From a virus (Duplodnaviria; Heunggongvirae; Uroviricota; Caudoviricetes): a DNA stretch of 38,955 bases. A program made the position numbers and the translations under genes. The stretch is from IMG/VR virus record IMGVR_UViG_2939127364_000004; one strand, given 5' to 3'. A model generated the notes under the pieces. The model was not told the origin of the DNA and did no database searches. It was given only the letters and a program-made list of their open reading frames with translations. Of this stretch, positions 9,451-19,895 are shown piece by piece (the first letter of the stretch is position 1; each line of letters begins with the position of its first letter).

Positions 9451-9702
9451 TTAGTCCTGATTTTTATCCACCCTGAGTAGTTCGCGCAGAGCAAAGGCAT
9501 CCCCTTTTCTGGCAAGCTTAAACAATGCCGCTCGTAACTCGGCTTCACCTTTCGCTCTGCCCTTACGGATGGCCGCATAAAAATCTGTCATTGCTTCCCG
9601 ATTTTCTTTCAGTCGGTTCAGATCAACATCCAGAACGTCAGCGATTTGTTGTGCAGTCATCCGGCACGCTGCCAGAGACTCGACTTTCGAATACGGAATC
9701 AT
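9451..9702 (-). CDS. Small HTH-like protein (83 aa) directly upstream of terminase small subunit
   Basis: ATG 9702 with GGGGGTGA SD; MTAQQIADVLDVDLNRL helix-turn-helix-like segment; first 21 codons overlap the 3' end of the upstream gene. Confidence 0.4.
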   Translation of the reverse strand: MIPYSKVESLAACRMTAQQIADVLDVDLNRLKENREAMTDFYAAIRKGRAKGEAELRAALFKLARKGDAFALRELLRVDKNQD

Positions 9703-10570
9703 TTGTCACCCCCATTGATATGCAGGGTGTCTTCTTCCTGTATTTTTCGTGAAGGATTTTTACTGCAGCGTTGTTCCAGGTGACCTGATGGTGAATGCGT
9801 TTATGGCTGGCACCCATCAGTGAGATTTTTACGCACGACGGCGCATACATGACGGAGTAAAAACTTTTAACGTAGGTTCCGGAATCCAGATACAGCTCGG
9901 TCATTCCGCCGCTGTTTTTCTGCGTCTGTTTCTGCCCTAACTGGACAGCACCGATCGTCATAAACAATTCACCACAGCGACCGAGATTCGTGTACGTATT
10001 CACATCCTCGTTAATGCGCCCCATGAATGAGAACGGTCGATCAACCGAACAGATAAAGCTGTTCATTGCCTTGCGTTTCACCCACGAAGCATGGCCGCCA
10101 TTGTCACCAAGAAAATCCCCGCCCTGCGACATAGCGATGGAAAGAGCAGGTATTGATTCGTAGTACGCCAGCATTTCAGAAAGGATCGCATCCAGTTTCC
10201 TTATCGGAAAATAGGCCTGGTCATAGTTGCGATCCACCCGAAACTGGAACTCGTGATAATCATCATCGAGCTGAATGAAGTATTTACACCCGACCAGTTT
10301 TGCCAGGTCGAAACAGGCATTACGGGCGTAAAAAATTGAGCGGCGGTCACAGAAATTATCGGCTTCGTCAAAACGACTGGCGATATCGGCTTTGGAAAAC
10401 ACCAGCACCTGTTCACCAAATTCAGCCATGTACTGATTCCGTGTCTTATCTTCATCATCAACAACGATAAAAATTTTCCCGGTATAGCCAGCACGACGCA
10501 ACGTCCGGTAAGTCAGAACTTTGTCCGGTCGCCCGTGAGTCAGAATAAAGGCGCAAAAATCATCACGCAT
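9638..10570 (-). CDS. GT-A-fold-like nucleotide-sugar transferase candidate (310 aa, soluble)
   Basis: ATG at 10570 with perfect AGGAGG SD; motif order FILTHGRP, IVVDDED, IQLDDDY (DXD) at GT-A-like spacing; no predicted TM segments; start overlaps ParB-like stop by 8 nt. Confidence 0.4.
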   Translation of the reverse strand: MRDDFCAFILTHGRPDKVLTYRTLRRAGYTGKIFIVVDDEDKTRNQYMAEFGEQVLVFSKADIASRFDEADNFCDRRSIFYARNACFDLAKLVGCKYFIQLDDDYHEFQFRVDRNYDQAYFPIRKLDAILSEMLAYYESIPALSIAMSQGGDFLGDNGGHASWVKRKAMNSFICSVDRPFSFMGRINEDVNTYTNLGRCGELFMTIGAVQLGQKQTQKNSGGMTELYLDSGTYVKSFYSVMYAPSCVKISLMGASHKRIHHQVTWNNAAVKILHEKYRKKTPCISMGVTNDSVFESRVSGSVPDDCTTNR

Positions 10571-11354
10571 ATTCCTCCTCCTCACCACCATGCATGATCT
10601 CCACCATGCGCTGCGTCATCCGGACAAATCCATTTTCAATAGCCTGCTGATAATCAATGATCACCAGCGCCGACTCCTCGAAAAAACACTGAATTTCAGA
10701 GGGGGCGTGAGCGTAATAGTCCGCAATTCTGCTGAAATTAAACACCGTGTGACGTTCTGCCGCACACAGGAGGAATTTCTCAATATCAGGCTCAAGGGAC
10801 GCCGAACGTATCCGGCTGATCAGCTCCTGAGTTTTCGTATCGTCGTACAGTTCACTGATATCCGGTTTACCGCCCGACGGCTCATAAACAGGCGTATCAA
10901 TTTTCGTCGTATACGGCTCCTCCTCATTTCCTGTACCGGGCAAAACATCCGTCAACAGTTCATCAATTTCTGTCGGGATGAAGCCTGTCAGGGAGACATC
11001 AAAATCAGCATTGATTAGGTCCGACAGCTCCATCCGCAACAGATCTTCATCCCAGCCAGCATTCATCGGCAGGCGATTATCTGCCAGGCGGTACGCCTTT
11101 TTCTGCTCATCCGTCAGGCCAGACAGAACAATGACCGGAACAGAATCCATTTTGAGCATTTCAGCCGCCATAACACGACCGTGACCCGCAATAATTTCGC
11201 CCTTTTCGTCAATCAGCACCGGATTAGTCCAGCCGAATTGCTTAATACTTTCTACCAGTTGTGCCACCTGCTCAGGGCTGTGCGTCCTGGCGTTGTGCGC
11301 ATACGGTGACAATTCTTGTAATGGGCGATAGACTATCTTTAATTTCTCGCTCAT
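10563..11354 (-). CDS. ParB-like nuclease domain protein (ParB/Srx fold N-terminal domain plus uncharacterised acidic C-terminal domain)
   Basis: N-terminal VYRPLQELSPYAHNARTHSPEQVAQLVESIKQFGWTNPVLI ... GHGR is the ParB N-terminal signature; 263 aa. Confidence 0.7.
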   Translation of the reverse strand: MSEKLKIVYRPLQELSPYAHNARTHSPEQVAQLVESIKQFGWTNPVLIDEKGEIIAGHGRVMAAEMLKMDSVPVIVLSGLTDEQKKAYRLADNRLPMNAGWDEDLLRMELSDLINADFDVSLTGFIPTEIDELLTDVLPGTGNEEEPYTTKIDTPVYEPSGGKPDISELYDDTKTQELISRIRSASLEPDIEKFLLCAAERHTVFNFSRIADYYAHAPSEIQCFFEESALVIIDYQQAIENGFVRMTQRMVEIMHGGEEEEYA

Positions 11355-11370
11355 ACAGCCTTGCTTTATG

Positions 11371-11405
11371 AATAAAACGCACCCCAGCAGCCAGTGCTAC
11401 TGGGG
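11371..11405 (-). terminator. Intrinsic terminator downstream of trkG
   Basis: Minus strand CCCCAG-loop-CTGGGG hairpin followed by TGCGTTTTATTCAT. Confidence 0.5.
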
Positions 11406-11491
11406 ACGGAGGGGTTGCTGGTAAAGTTAGGTATTGGATCAATGAGTGAGTCAACATAATATTAAACTCACAATTATAAATCAGCCATATA

Positions 11492-12949
11492 TTAGGAGCG
11501 CCAAAAAAAACCTGAAAACAATATAATAACAGGATAAATTTCAAGGCGACCAAGAATCATAGCTATGCACATTAAACATTTTGCAATGTCATTAAGCACT
11601 CCGAATGACGATGCAGTAGCCCCAAAACCTAATCCCATATTATTAATACATGCAGCCACTGTTGCAAATGATGTAAGAAAATCATATCCCATACCATTTA
11701 ACACCAGTATAAAAAACACCGTGAAGAGAGTATAAAGAAAAAAGAAACTCCATACAGACCTCATTACACGATCTGTAACTATCTTCCCTCCTACATTTAC
11801 ACTCAACAACGCTCTGGGATGAGAAAGCTGATTTATCTCGTGTTTGCTTTGTTTGAAAAGTATAAGAAATCGAAGTGACTTAATTCCACCACAAGTTGAA
11901 CCTATACATCCCCCAAAGAAACTTGACAACAGCAAAAACACTATCGTGTGCGTGGGCCAACTTGCATAATCCTGCGTAGCTAAACCATTATCAGTGAGCA
12001 TGGAGCTGGCAAGAAAAAACGAATGAATAAAACTTCCATGCAAGTCATACATACCTATATGCCAGACCTGGAAAGAGGTAACAATGATCACCCCTAAGGC
12101 TATTAACAGAAAGAAACGAAGTTCAATATCTCTGATTAAAGGTTTTATCGTTTTCCTGCTAATAACAATATACCAAAGAGTGAAGTTGAAAGCCGATAGC
12201 AGGGAAAAAGAACCAGCCACCAGCTCAACCAAATAGTTATTAAAATATCCGATACTCTCGCTATGAGTTGAGAAACCACCAAGCGAAACTGTGGAAATCC
12301 CGTGACAAATAGCATCAAACAAAGGCATTCCTGCAAGTCTATAACAGACAATACAAGCAATACCTAATAAAGAATAAGTTATCCACAGTGTCCGTGACGT
12401 ATCGGCCAGGCGGGGAGTGAGTTTGTCATCCTTAAATGGCCCCGGCATTTCTGACTGATAAAGCTTTGCACCACCAATACCCAATAATGGCAATACAGCA
12501 ACCGCCAGAACAATAACTCCTAAACCACCTATAAAATTTAACTGTGACCGATAGTACAAATATGCCCGAGGTAATGAACTAACATCATCAATTACAGTTG
12601 CTCCTGTTGTTGTTATTCCAGAAACCCCTTCAAACAGAGCATCAATGAACGTTAAATTAAGTTCTGAGTCAATCCATAAAGGGAATGCACTAATAACAGA
12701 AAACAAAATCCAAAACATTACAATTATAATAAACCCATCACGGGTACGTAATTGAATGCCAGATTTCTTAGTTGTATACCACGCTCCGCCACCAATGCAA
12801 AAAAATATAACGAAAGTTATAAAGAAAACGAACAGGCTTTTTTCTTTATAAAACAATGCTACAACCATTGGTGGCAACATTGAAAGACTATAGAGCCAAA
12901 CCAGGAACCCACACATATGAGTAACAACTCTTACATGAGATGTATTCAT
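11492..12949 (-). CDS. trkG: Trk-system potassium uptake protein TrkG (prophage moron)
   Basis: 485-aa polytopic membrane protein from ATG 12949 (MNTSHVRVVTHMCGFLVW...), matches recalled Rac TrkG; visibly AT-rich versus flanking phage genes. Confidence 0.9.
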   Translation of the reverse strand: MNTSHVRVVTHMCGFLVWLYSLSMLPPMVVALFYKEKSLFVFFITFVIFFCIGGGAWYTTKKSGIQLRTRDGFIIIVMFWILFSVISAFPLWIDSELNLTFIDALFEGVSGITTTGATVIDDVSSLPRAYLYYRSQLNFIGGLGVIVLAVAVLPLLGIGGAKLYQSEMPGPFKDDKLTPRLADTSRTLWITYSLLGIACIVCYRLAGMPLFDAICHGISTVSLGGFSTHSESIGYFNNYLVELVAGSFSLLSAFNFTLWYIVISRKTIKPLIRDIELRFFLLIALGVIIVTSFQVWHIGMYDLHGSFIHSFFLASSMLTDNGLATQDYASWPTHTIVFLLLSSFFGGCIGSTCGGIKSLRFLILFKQSKHEINQLSHPRALLSVNVGGKIVTDRVMRSVWSFFFLYTLFTVFFILVLNGMGYDFLTSFATVAACINNMGLGFGATASSFGVLNDIAKCLMCIAMILGRLEIYPVIILFSGFFWRS

Positions 12950-13086
12950 ATCTAAATATTCTTTCAATTATAACCACCTTGCTGCAATATTATGATTATA
13001 CTGTATAAAATTTAACTCCTCTTAGATCTTACTTCACTGTTCCTTATGAAACAATCATCAAAATGAATCATATTGTAGTTAAGATT

Positions 13087-13551
13087 TTACTTTAAACACT
13101 GCTCGGTTATGTATTGCTGAGCACCTTCAAGTTGGGCCTGCATCATTACCAGTCGTTCCCGGAGGGTGAAATAATCCCGTTCAGCGGTGTCTGCCAGTCG
13201 GGGGGAGGCTGCATTATCCACGCCGGAGGCGGTGGTGGCTTCACGCACTGACTGACAGACTGCTTTGATGTGCAACCGACGACGACCAGCGGCAACATCA
13301 TCACGCAGAACATCATTTTCAGCTTTCGCATCAGCTAACTCCTTCGTGTATTTTGCATCGAGCGCAGCAACATCACGCTGACGCATCTGCATGTCAGTAA
13401 TTGCCGCGTTCGCCAGCTTCAGTTCTCTGGCATTTTTGTCGCGCTGTTCTTTGTAGGCGATGGCGTTATCACGGTAATGATTAACACCCCATGACAGGCA
13501 GACGACGATGCAGATAACCAGAGCGGAGATAATCGCGGTTACTCTGTTCAT
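13087..13551 (-). CDS. Spanin inner-membrane subunit Rz
   Basis: N-terminal TM helix then coiled-coil; ATG 13551 overlaps endolysin stop (ATGA). Confidence 0.8.
   Translation of the reverse strand: MNRVTAIISALVICIVVCLSWGVNHYRDNAIAYKEQRDKNARELKLANAAITDMQMRQRDVAALDAKYTKELADAKAENDVLRDDVAAGRRRLHIKAVCQSVREATTASGVDNAASPRLADTAERDYFTLRERLVMMQAQLEGAQQYITEQCLK
13146..13331 (-). CDS. Spanin outer-membrane lipoprotein Rz1, embedded in Rz in +1 frame
   Basis: 61-aa ORF inside Rz; lipoprotein signal with lipobox VVGC; proline-rich mature part ([15 protein letters not shown]). Confidence 0.75.
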   Translation of the reverse strand: MRKLKMMFCVMMLPLVVVGCTSKQSVSQCVKPPPPPAWIMQPPPDWQTPLNGIISPSGNDW

Positions 13552-14045
13552 TGCTGACCCCACAAACAGATTTCACGCTCAATCTCACGACGAGTCATGA
13601 GACCTTTCCATTGCTTACCGCCAGCATATGTCCAGCGACGTAGCTGATCACATGCGCCTTTGATATCGCCCTGGTTTATTTTGCGAAGAAGCGTCGATGT
13701 TCTGAAATTGCCAGCACCCACGTTGTAAACGAATGAGTAAAGAGCGCCGCGCGTTGTTTCCGGTATATCGACTTTGATGTACGGGTTAATTTGTCTGGCG
13801 ACCGTGGCAAGGTCTTTATTCAGGAGGGCTTTGCATTCTGCTTTGGTATACGTTTTACCGAGCATGATGTCTTTTCCTGTATGCCCGTGACATACAGTCC
13901 ATACACCAACAATATCTTTGTATGGTATGTAGCTGACACCTTCCAGACCATCGTTACCACTTGGGCCAGTGATTAACACTGATGCTATAGCAATTGCTCC
14001 GCCACCAATAGCAGCAGCAACGACTTTTCGTAATGATGGAGGCAT
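13548..14045 (-). CDS. SAR endolysin (phage 21 R-type lysozyme with signal-arrest-release N-terminal domain)
   Basis: [39 protein letters not shown]... near-identical to recalled phage 21 R; start overlaps holin stop (TAATG). Confidence 0.9.
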   Translation of the reverse strand: MPPSLRKVVAAAIGGGAIAIASVLITGPSGNDGLEGVSYIPYKDIVGVWTVCHGHTGKDIMLGKTYTKAECKALLNKDLATVARQINPYIKVDIPETTRGALYSFVYNVGAGNFRTSTLLRKINQGDIKGACDQLRRWTYAGGKQWKGLMTRREIEREICLWGQQ

Positions 14046-14260
14046 TATTCACCTCTCGCAGCCTTGCGCTTATCTTCTTTAATCTTGAAATAAAGGTTTG
14101 TCAGGTACGTCAGCAGGCCAAATACCAGACTACCCAGCACACCGATTGCAGCCCACTGTGACGGAGTTACTCTATCGAGCAACTGTAAAAACCAGTAGCC
14201 AGCACTGCCTGCGGAGGTGCCGTAGGCAATGCCTGTTGAAATTTTGTCCATGGATTTCAT
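14045..14260 (-). CDS. Class II pinholin S21 with dual-start motif (MKSMDK)
   Basis: [26 protein letters not shown]... two TM domains; GGAGGT SD; near-identical to recalled phage 21 S. Confidence 0.9.
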   Translation of the reverse strand: MKSMDKISTGIAYGTSAGSAGYWFLQLLDRVTPSQWAAIGVLGSLVFGLLTYLTNLYFKIKEDKRKAARGE

Positions 14261-14311
14261 AGCCTCACCTCCGCACGGAACGGATGGCATAGTTATTATG
14301 TGGATTCGCCC

Positions 14312-15217
14312 CTATATTTCCAGACACCTGTTATCACTTAACCCATTACTGGCCCGCTGCCGCAGATATTCCCGTGGCGAGCGATAACCCAGCGCACTAT
14401 GCGGATGCCATTCGTTATAATGCTCGAACGCCTCTGCAAGGTTCTTTGCTGCCGTTAACCCGTCTGGTTTGGGCATGATACTTATGTAGTCACGCTTTAT
14501 CGTTTTCACGAAGCTCTCTGCTATTCCGTTACTCTCCGGACTCCGCACCGCCGTGTTCTTCGGTTCAAGTCCCAACATCCTGGCGAACTGACGTGTTTCA
14601 TTCGCCCGGTAGCATGAACCATTATCCGTCAGCCACTCCACTGGAGACGCCGGAAGCTCGCTGCCAAAGCGGCGTTCCACTGCTCCCAGCATGACGTCCT
14701 GTACTGTTTCACTGTCGAAACCCCCCGTTGTGACCGCCCAGTGCAGTGCCTCACGGTCACAGCAGTCCAGCGCGAACGTGACCCGCAGTTTTTCTCCGTT
14801 ATCACAGCGGAACTCAAACCCGTCAGAGCACCATCGCTGATTACTTTCTTTCACAGCCACTCTGCCGGTATGTGCCCGTTTCGATGGCGGTACAGCGGGT
14901 TTTCGCTCAAGCAACAGCGCATTCTGGCGCATGATCCGGTAAACACGTTTGGCATTGATCGCAGGCATACCATCAAGTTCCGTCTGTCTGCGAAGCAGCG
15001 CCCATACCCGACGATAACCATATGTGGGCAGCTCTCCGATAACATGGTGTATACGGAGAAGCACATCCGTATCATCAGTGTGACGACTGCGGCGGCCATC
15101 CATCCAGTCATCGGTTCGTCTGAGAATGACGTGCAACTGCGCACGCGACACCCGGAGACAACGGCTGACTAAGCTTACTCCCCATCCCCGGGCAATAAGG
15201 GCGCGTGCGCTATCCAC
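14312..15217 (-). CDS. insD: IS2 transposase OrfB (InsD)
   Basis: 301-aa [33 protein letters not shown]..., DDE integrase-type catalytic region. Confidence 0.9.
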
Positions 15218-15540
15218 TTTTTTGCCCGTCCATATTCAACGGCTTCTTTGAGGAGTTCATTTTCCATCGTTTTCTTGCCGAGCAGGCGCTGGAGTTCTTT
15301 AATCTGCTTCATGGCGGCAGCAAGTTCAGAGGCAGGAACAACCTGTTCTCCGGCGGCGACAGCAGTAAGACTTCCTTCCTGATATTGCTTACGCCAGAGA
15401 AATAACTGGCTGGCTGCTACACCATGTTGCCGGGCAACGAGGGAGACCGTCATCCCCGGTTCAAAGCTCTGCTGAACAATTGCGATCTTTTCCTGTGTGG
15501 TACGCCGTCTGCGTTTCTCCGGCCCTAAGACATCAATCAT
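15175..15540 (-). CDS. insC: IS2 OrfA (InsC) HTH protein
   Basis: 121 aa from ATG 15540, [41 protein letters not shown]... Confidence 0.9.
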
Positions 15541-15694
15541 CTGTTCTCCAATGACTAGTCTAAAAACTAGTATTAAGACTATCACTTATTTAAGTGATAC
15601 TGGTTGTCTGGAGATTCAGGGGGCCAGTCTATTATGTGTAGGCTTTCAGACACATCAATCAGAGCCTTAATTGATATATATGCTGGAGACGATG

Positions 15695-15721
15695 CAATAT
15701 AAAAAGCTCGCCGTAGCGAGC
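15695..15721 (-). terminator. Intrinsic terminator downstream of lipoprotein gene 1
   Basis: Minus strand AGCTCGC-tacg-GCGAGCT hairpin followed by TTTTTATATTG. Confidence 0.5.
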
Positions 15722-15847
15722 TAATAAAATGTATTTCTCTGATATTATGTTTATTTGTATTAGCTCAGACTTGACATCACAGGTTTCGTATATAGAACAT
15801 CATCAAATCTGTCAGTTTGCTATGAATGAGATATAGTAATTGAAGAG

Positions 15848-16243
15848 CTAACCTCGCATGTCAAAGCCAGATTTCTGAAAATCTCTGTAGACTTCCGGAT
15901 TGTTGAAGGCCGGAAATTTGGCTTTATGAGCTGCGGACTTTATCGCTTCGCAATAGGCTTTATCACCGTTACTGGTAGATATTTTTAACGCCGTGCCATC
16001 CTGAGAGAATTCCATATGCAACCTGCATTTTTTCCCTTTCCAGTTATGCGGCTCATCAAGTTTGGCATTAATTGCAGCTCTGATTCCCCGCGCTTGCGCC
16101 CCCCATTCATCCTGATCATCCCAGCGTCCTGAACTGCAACTACCTGTAGCAGTAGTTTTGTGGCAATCTGAAGGGTGTAAAGGTGTGCATCCCGCAACAA
16201 AACCGACCCAAAAAGTCAACATAACGATTTTCTTTAATCCCAC
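15848..16243 (-). CDS. Lipoprotein with TolA C-terminal domain III-like domain (paralog 1)
   Basis: GTG start 16243 with GAGGAG SD; signal peptide MGLKKIVMLTFWVGFVAGC (lipobox VAGC); C-terminal KGKKCRLHMEFSQDGTALKISTSNGDKAYCEAI...PEVYRDF aligns with TolA-III and with paralog 2. Confidence 0.7.
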   Translation of the reverse strand: MGLKKIVMLTFWVGFVAGCTPLHPSDCHKTTATGSCSSGRWDDQDEWGAQARGIRAAINAKLDEPHNWKGKKCRLHMEFSQDGTALKISTSNGDKAYCEAIKSAAHKAKFPAFNNPEVYRDFQKSGFDMRG

Positions 16244-16323
16244 TTCTTGCTCCTCAATCCATTAAAATCTCAGCAATAGTAGTTGTTACGTCCGCCACTG
16301 GCTCAGAGCTGACTATCCGCTAA

Positions 16324-17518
<1,195 letters not shown>

Positions 17519-17592
17519 CTAAATTTAGCTCAGTGCCGTAGCTGTGTCAGAACAAACCTAAGCCGAAACCGTTTATTACAAAACAATAAATA

Positions 17593-18021
17593 TCAGGGTT
17601 TAAAATCCAGCACCCCATTTTGAAATACTTTATATACTTCCGGCGAAGGGGGGGCAGGTATATCAGCATTCTTTATCGCATTCATCGCTTCACGACATAA
17701 ATCGAGGTCTCCACTTTCTCTTTTAACCTCCAGTAGAAGGCCATTCGGGGCCATATGCATTCTCAGTGTACACTCTTTTCCTGAATACTTACTCGCATCC
17801 CCGAACTGTTTTTCGATGGCGCTCTTGATTTGATGGGCATACAGACGGATATCCTCACTAACATCAGAAGTACGTTCAGATGAACTCACATACTGTGTCT
17901 CTATTGCTTTATCGGAGTAATATGATGTACGGTCATGATAATTTGTCGATACAGCATCAGTGCACCCGATAATAATCCCACTAATAATCAACGTAAGAAT
18001 TGATGCGCTACGAAAACCCAT
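17593..18021 (-). CDS. Lipoprotein with TolA C-terminal domain III-like domain (paralog 2)
   Basis: ATG 18021 with GAGGA SD; signal peptide MGFRSASILTLIISGIIIGC; C-terminal YAHQIKSAIEKQFGDASKYSGKECTLRMHMAPNGLLLEVKRESGDLDLCREAMNAIKNADIPAPPSPEVYKVFQNGVLDFKP is roughly half identical to recalled E. coli TolA residues ~335-421. Confidence 0.75.
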   Translation of the reverse strand: MGFRSASILTLIISGIIIGCTDAVSTNYHDRTSYYSDKAIETQYVSSSERTSDVSEDIRLYAHQIKSAIEKQFGDASKYSGKECTLRMHMAPNGLLLEVKRESGDLDLCREAMNAIKNADIPAPPSPEVYKVFQNGVLDFKP

Positions 18022-18610
18022 TTTTCCTCACATATGTCATATAGTAAAGGATTATATATACCGTTGTTTTGGACGCTCAAACAGCGAATCAGATCAAATA
18101 AAACGCACATTTGTTAACATTTACACAAAGTCTGCGTGGGATATTCTGAAAGAATATCCATAATGTGGAGAGAATCTATTGAAGTGCATGGTGCCGGGTG
18201 CCTCCCGGTGAACAAAATGTTCGTGATACCTGTCGGCGACAGAAAAGGTTAATGGTATCACCCCACCGCACAGGGGGATTCACCATGCAGGAGTTTTCTT
18301 AGCAAACTCACTGCGCGCCCGGCAACTCCCAACCACATAAAATGCGGAGTTTGTGGTATTTATGCATATAACTCGCAGGAATTATCTTAAAAAACTGATG
18401 TCGATCCGGATTAAAAAGAAGCAGGTCATCATCAGATGACTGGAAAAAAGGAAAACAAAAAATACTCATCATACAGTTTTGATTGCAGGGATGAGCCTGC
18501 TATGCACAATATGCAGAATATAAGCAAGATAAAAATATGCAGGCATATTATTTCGGATTTTGTTATTAACACAACCTTTTTAATAATCATTTGGCATACA
18601 ATAAACCAGC

Positions 18611-18640
18611 CCAAAAAGAACCGCCTAAACAGGCGGTTGG
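18611..18640 (-). terminator. Intrinsic terminator in late leader (second, downstream of Q-proximal terminator)
   Basis: Minus strand CCGCC-tgttta-GGCGG hairpin followed by TTCTTTTTGG. Confidence 0.45.
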
Positions 18641-18957
18641 TCAATACAAAGGATGCTTCGTCTTTATTATAGTAATCTGAGGCGTCGGGTGTCTTGTATC
18701 AGACAACATATTGTCCCGCTAAACAGCGAATTACAAACCACCCTGCAATGATCTCTCATCTCATTTTATATGAGTTGACGACATCAGGATAACGCATCAT
18801 CAGCCCCTGCCAAGAAATATCAAAACTCCCGCCAGCAATGTGTTATCACAATATTGTAAAAAAAACACAGCACCGAAACTATAACTGGTCTCTGTTATAA
18901 TTTGGAGCAGAAAGACCAGTTGCCCAACTAGCAGCATTCTCCCCTGCTTTCCTGACG

Positions 18958-18986
18958 TAAAAAAACCGCATTAAGCGGTTTTTTTA
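18958..18986. terminator. Bidirectional intrinsic terminator ~80 bp downstream of Q stop (candidate tR' of the late promoter)
   Basis: AAAAAAACCGC-attaa-GCGGTTTTTTT: hairpin flanked by A7 and T7. Confidence 0.6.
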
Positions 18987-19065
18987 CGATGTCCATGTCT
19001 GCAATCCGCCTCGCGATACAGCTTTGCGAAGCATAGCAAAATTGAAGCAGTTTATACGTAAGAAA

Positions 19066-19608
19066 TCAAGCCATTTTCTCAGCAAATGATTCACGCATGG
19101 GAATATATAGGGCATACTCAGCAACAGCTAACCAATTAGCAATCCGTTTTTCGCATGTGCTAAAACACCACTCTGGGTGTGCATCATTTAGCAATTCAGC
19201 CATTTTGCGCTTAGTCATCCCCCGCCCTTCATAGCGTTGCCGGAGAATGCAAATCAATCCTGGATGCTCTGCCAGCACCTCACTTATGACTCGATCAATA
19301 CATAACGCCTCTGCATCAGTACAATGCGCCAGCCAGCTCTTTTGCTTGCCGTTGATCATCTCTCGCAAAAACGCTTCCAGCTCAGCTTTCTCTATTCCCG
19401 CTTTTTTCATTCTGCGCAGGGCTTCATTAATGGCTGTTTTCGTCAGTTTTTTGGATGCCAACAACTGATTGAACATATTCCCTGACCTGTCACCGCCAAT
19501 ATACGACCAGCGCCCCCACATACGTAGTTTTCCCTGAATCCAGACACTTTCCAGCGTGGTGAGGCGAAGGTGTTCTCCGCTTTTTCCTGTATTCGTTGGG
19601 TAAATCAT
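19066..19608 (-). CDS. Putative late-gene antiterminator Q-like protein (180 aa)
   Basis: Position between Nin-type genes and late terminator/lysis cassette; ATGA overlap with upstream gene; assignment by synteny, weak sequence recollection. Confidence 0.5.
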   Translation of the reverse strand: MIYPTNTGKSGEHLRLTTLESVWIQGKLRMWGRWSYIGGDRSGNMFNQLLASKKLTKTAINEALRRMKKAGIEKAELEAFLREMINGKQKSWLAHCTDAEALCIDRVISEVLAEHPGLICILRQRYEGRGMTKRKMAELLNDAHPEWCFSTCEKRIANWLAVAEYALYIPMRESFAEKMA

Positions 19609-19895
19609 AAATGACCTTTCTTTCTCCAGATTTCTTGTGTGCGAAAAACCCCTTCAGCATGCATCAGGCGCAATTCTTCTTTGGTGTAATCGCTGGTTTT
19701 TACCCGCCCGTCGATTAGATCGTGGCATGAGCTACAGGCTATCGCCGCCTGCATATCGTGTGGTTTTGTCGCTGTTCCGCACGTCCCCGCCAGCCTGTAA
19801 TGCGCCAGCACAGAGGTTTCGGGATTGTGATTGCAGTAGCCAGGGATTCTGATCTGGCACATCTGGCCTTTAGCCGCTTTACGTAAATTCACCAT
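19605..19895 (-). CDS. YbcO-like Nin-region protein (DUF1364, Cys-rich putative nuclease, 96 aa)
   Basis: Five conserved Cys (CQIRIPGYC ... CSSCHD); position upstream of Q as in DLP12 ybcO. Confidence 0.55.
   Translation of the reverse strand: MVNLRKAAKGQMCQIRIPGYCNHNPETSVLAHYRLAGTCGTATKPHDMQAAIACSSCHDLIDGRVKTSDYTKEELRLMHAEGVFRTQEIWRKKGHL

Larger units (their letters stand above)
14301..15631 (-). mobile_element. IS2 (IS3 family), complete 1331-bp copy flanked by 5-bp target-site duplication TTATG
   Basis: Ends TGGATTCGCCCCTATATTTCC... (14301) and ...GGGCCAGTCTA (15631) match IS2 termini; TTATG at 14296-14300 and 15632-15636. Confidence 0.95.

Noticed and set aside
11272-11553. 93-aa ORF overlapping the 3' end of trkG and the ParB upstream region
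   Set aside because: Antisense/overlapping frame across the trkG terminator; no SD; trkG and ParB-like assignments explain the region.
18432-18644. 70-aa hydrophobic ORF on the minus strand in the late leader
   Set aside because: Starts with TTG inside a terminator hairpin, lies in AT-rich sequence that translates as hydrophobic by composition, no SD.
18650-18960. Searched the Q-to-lysis leader for tRNA genes, which are common at this position in lambdoid phages
   Set aside because: No GGTTCGAATCC-type T-arm or cloverleaf-compatible segment found on either strand.
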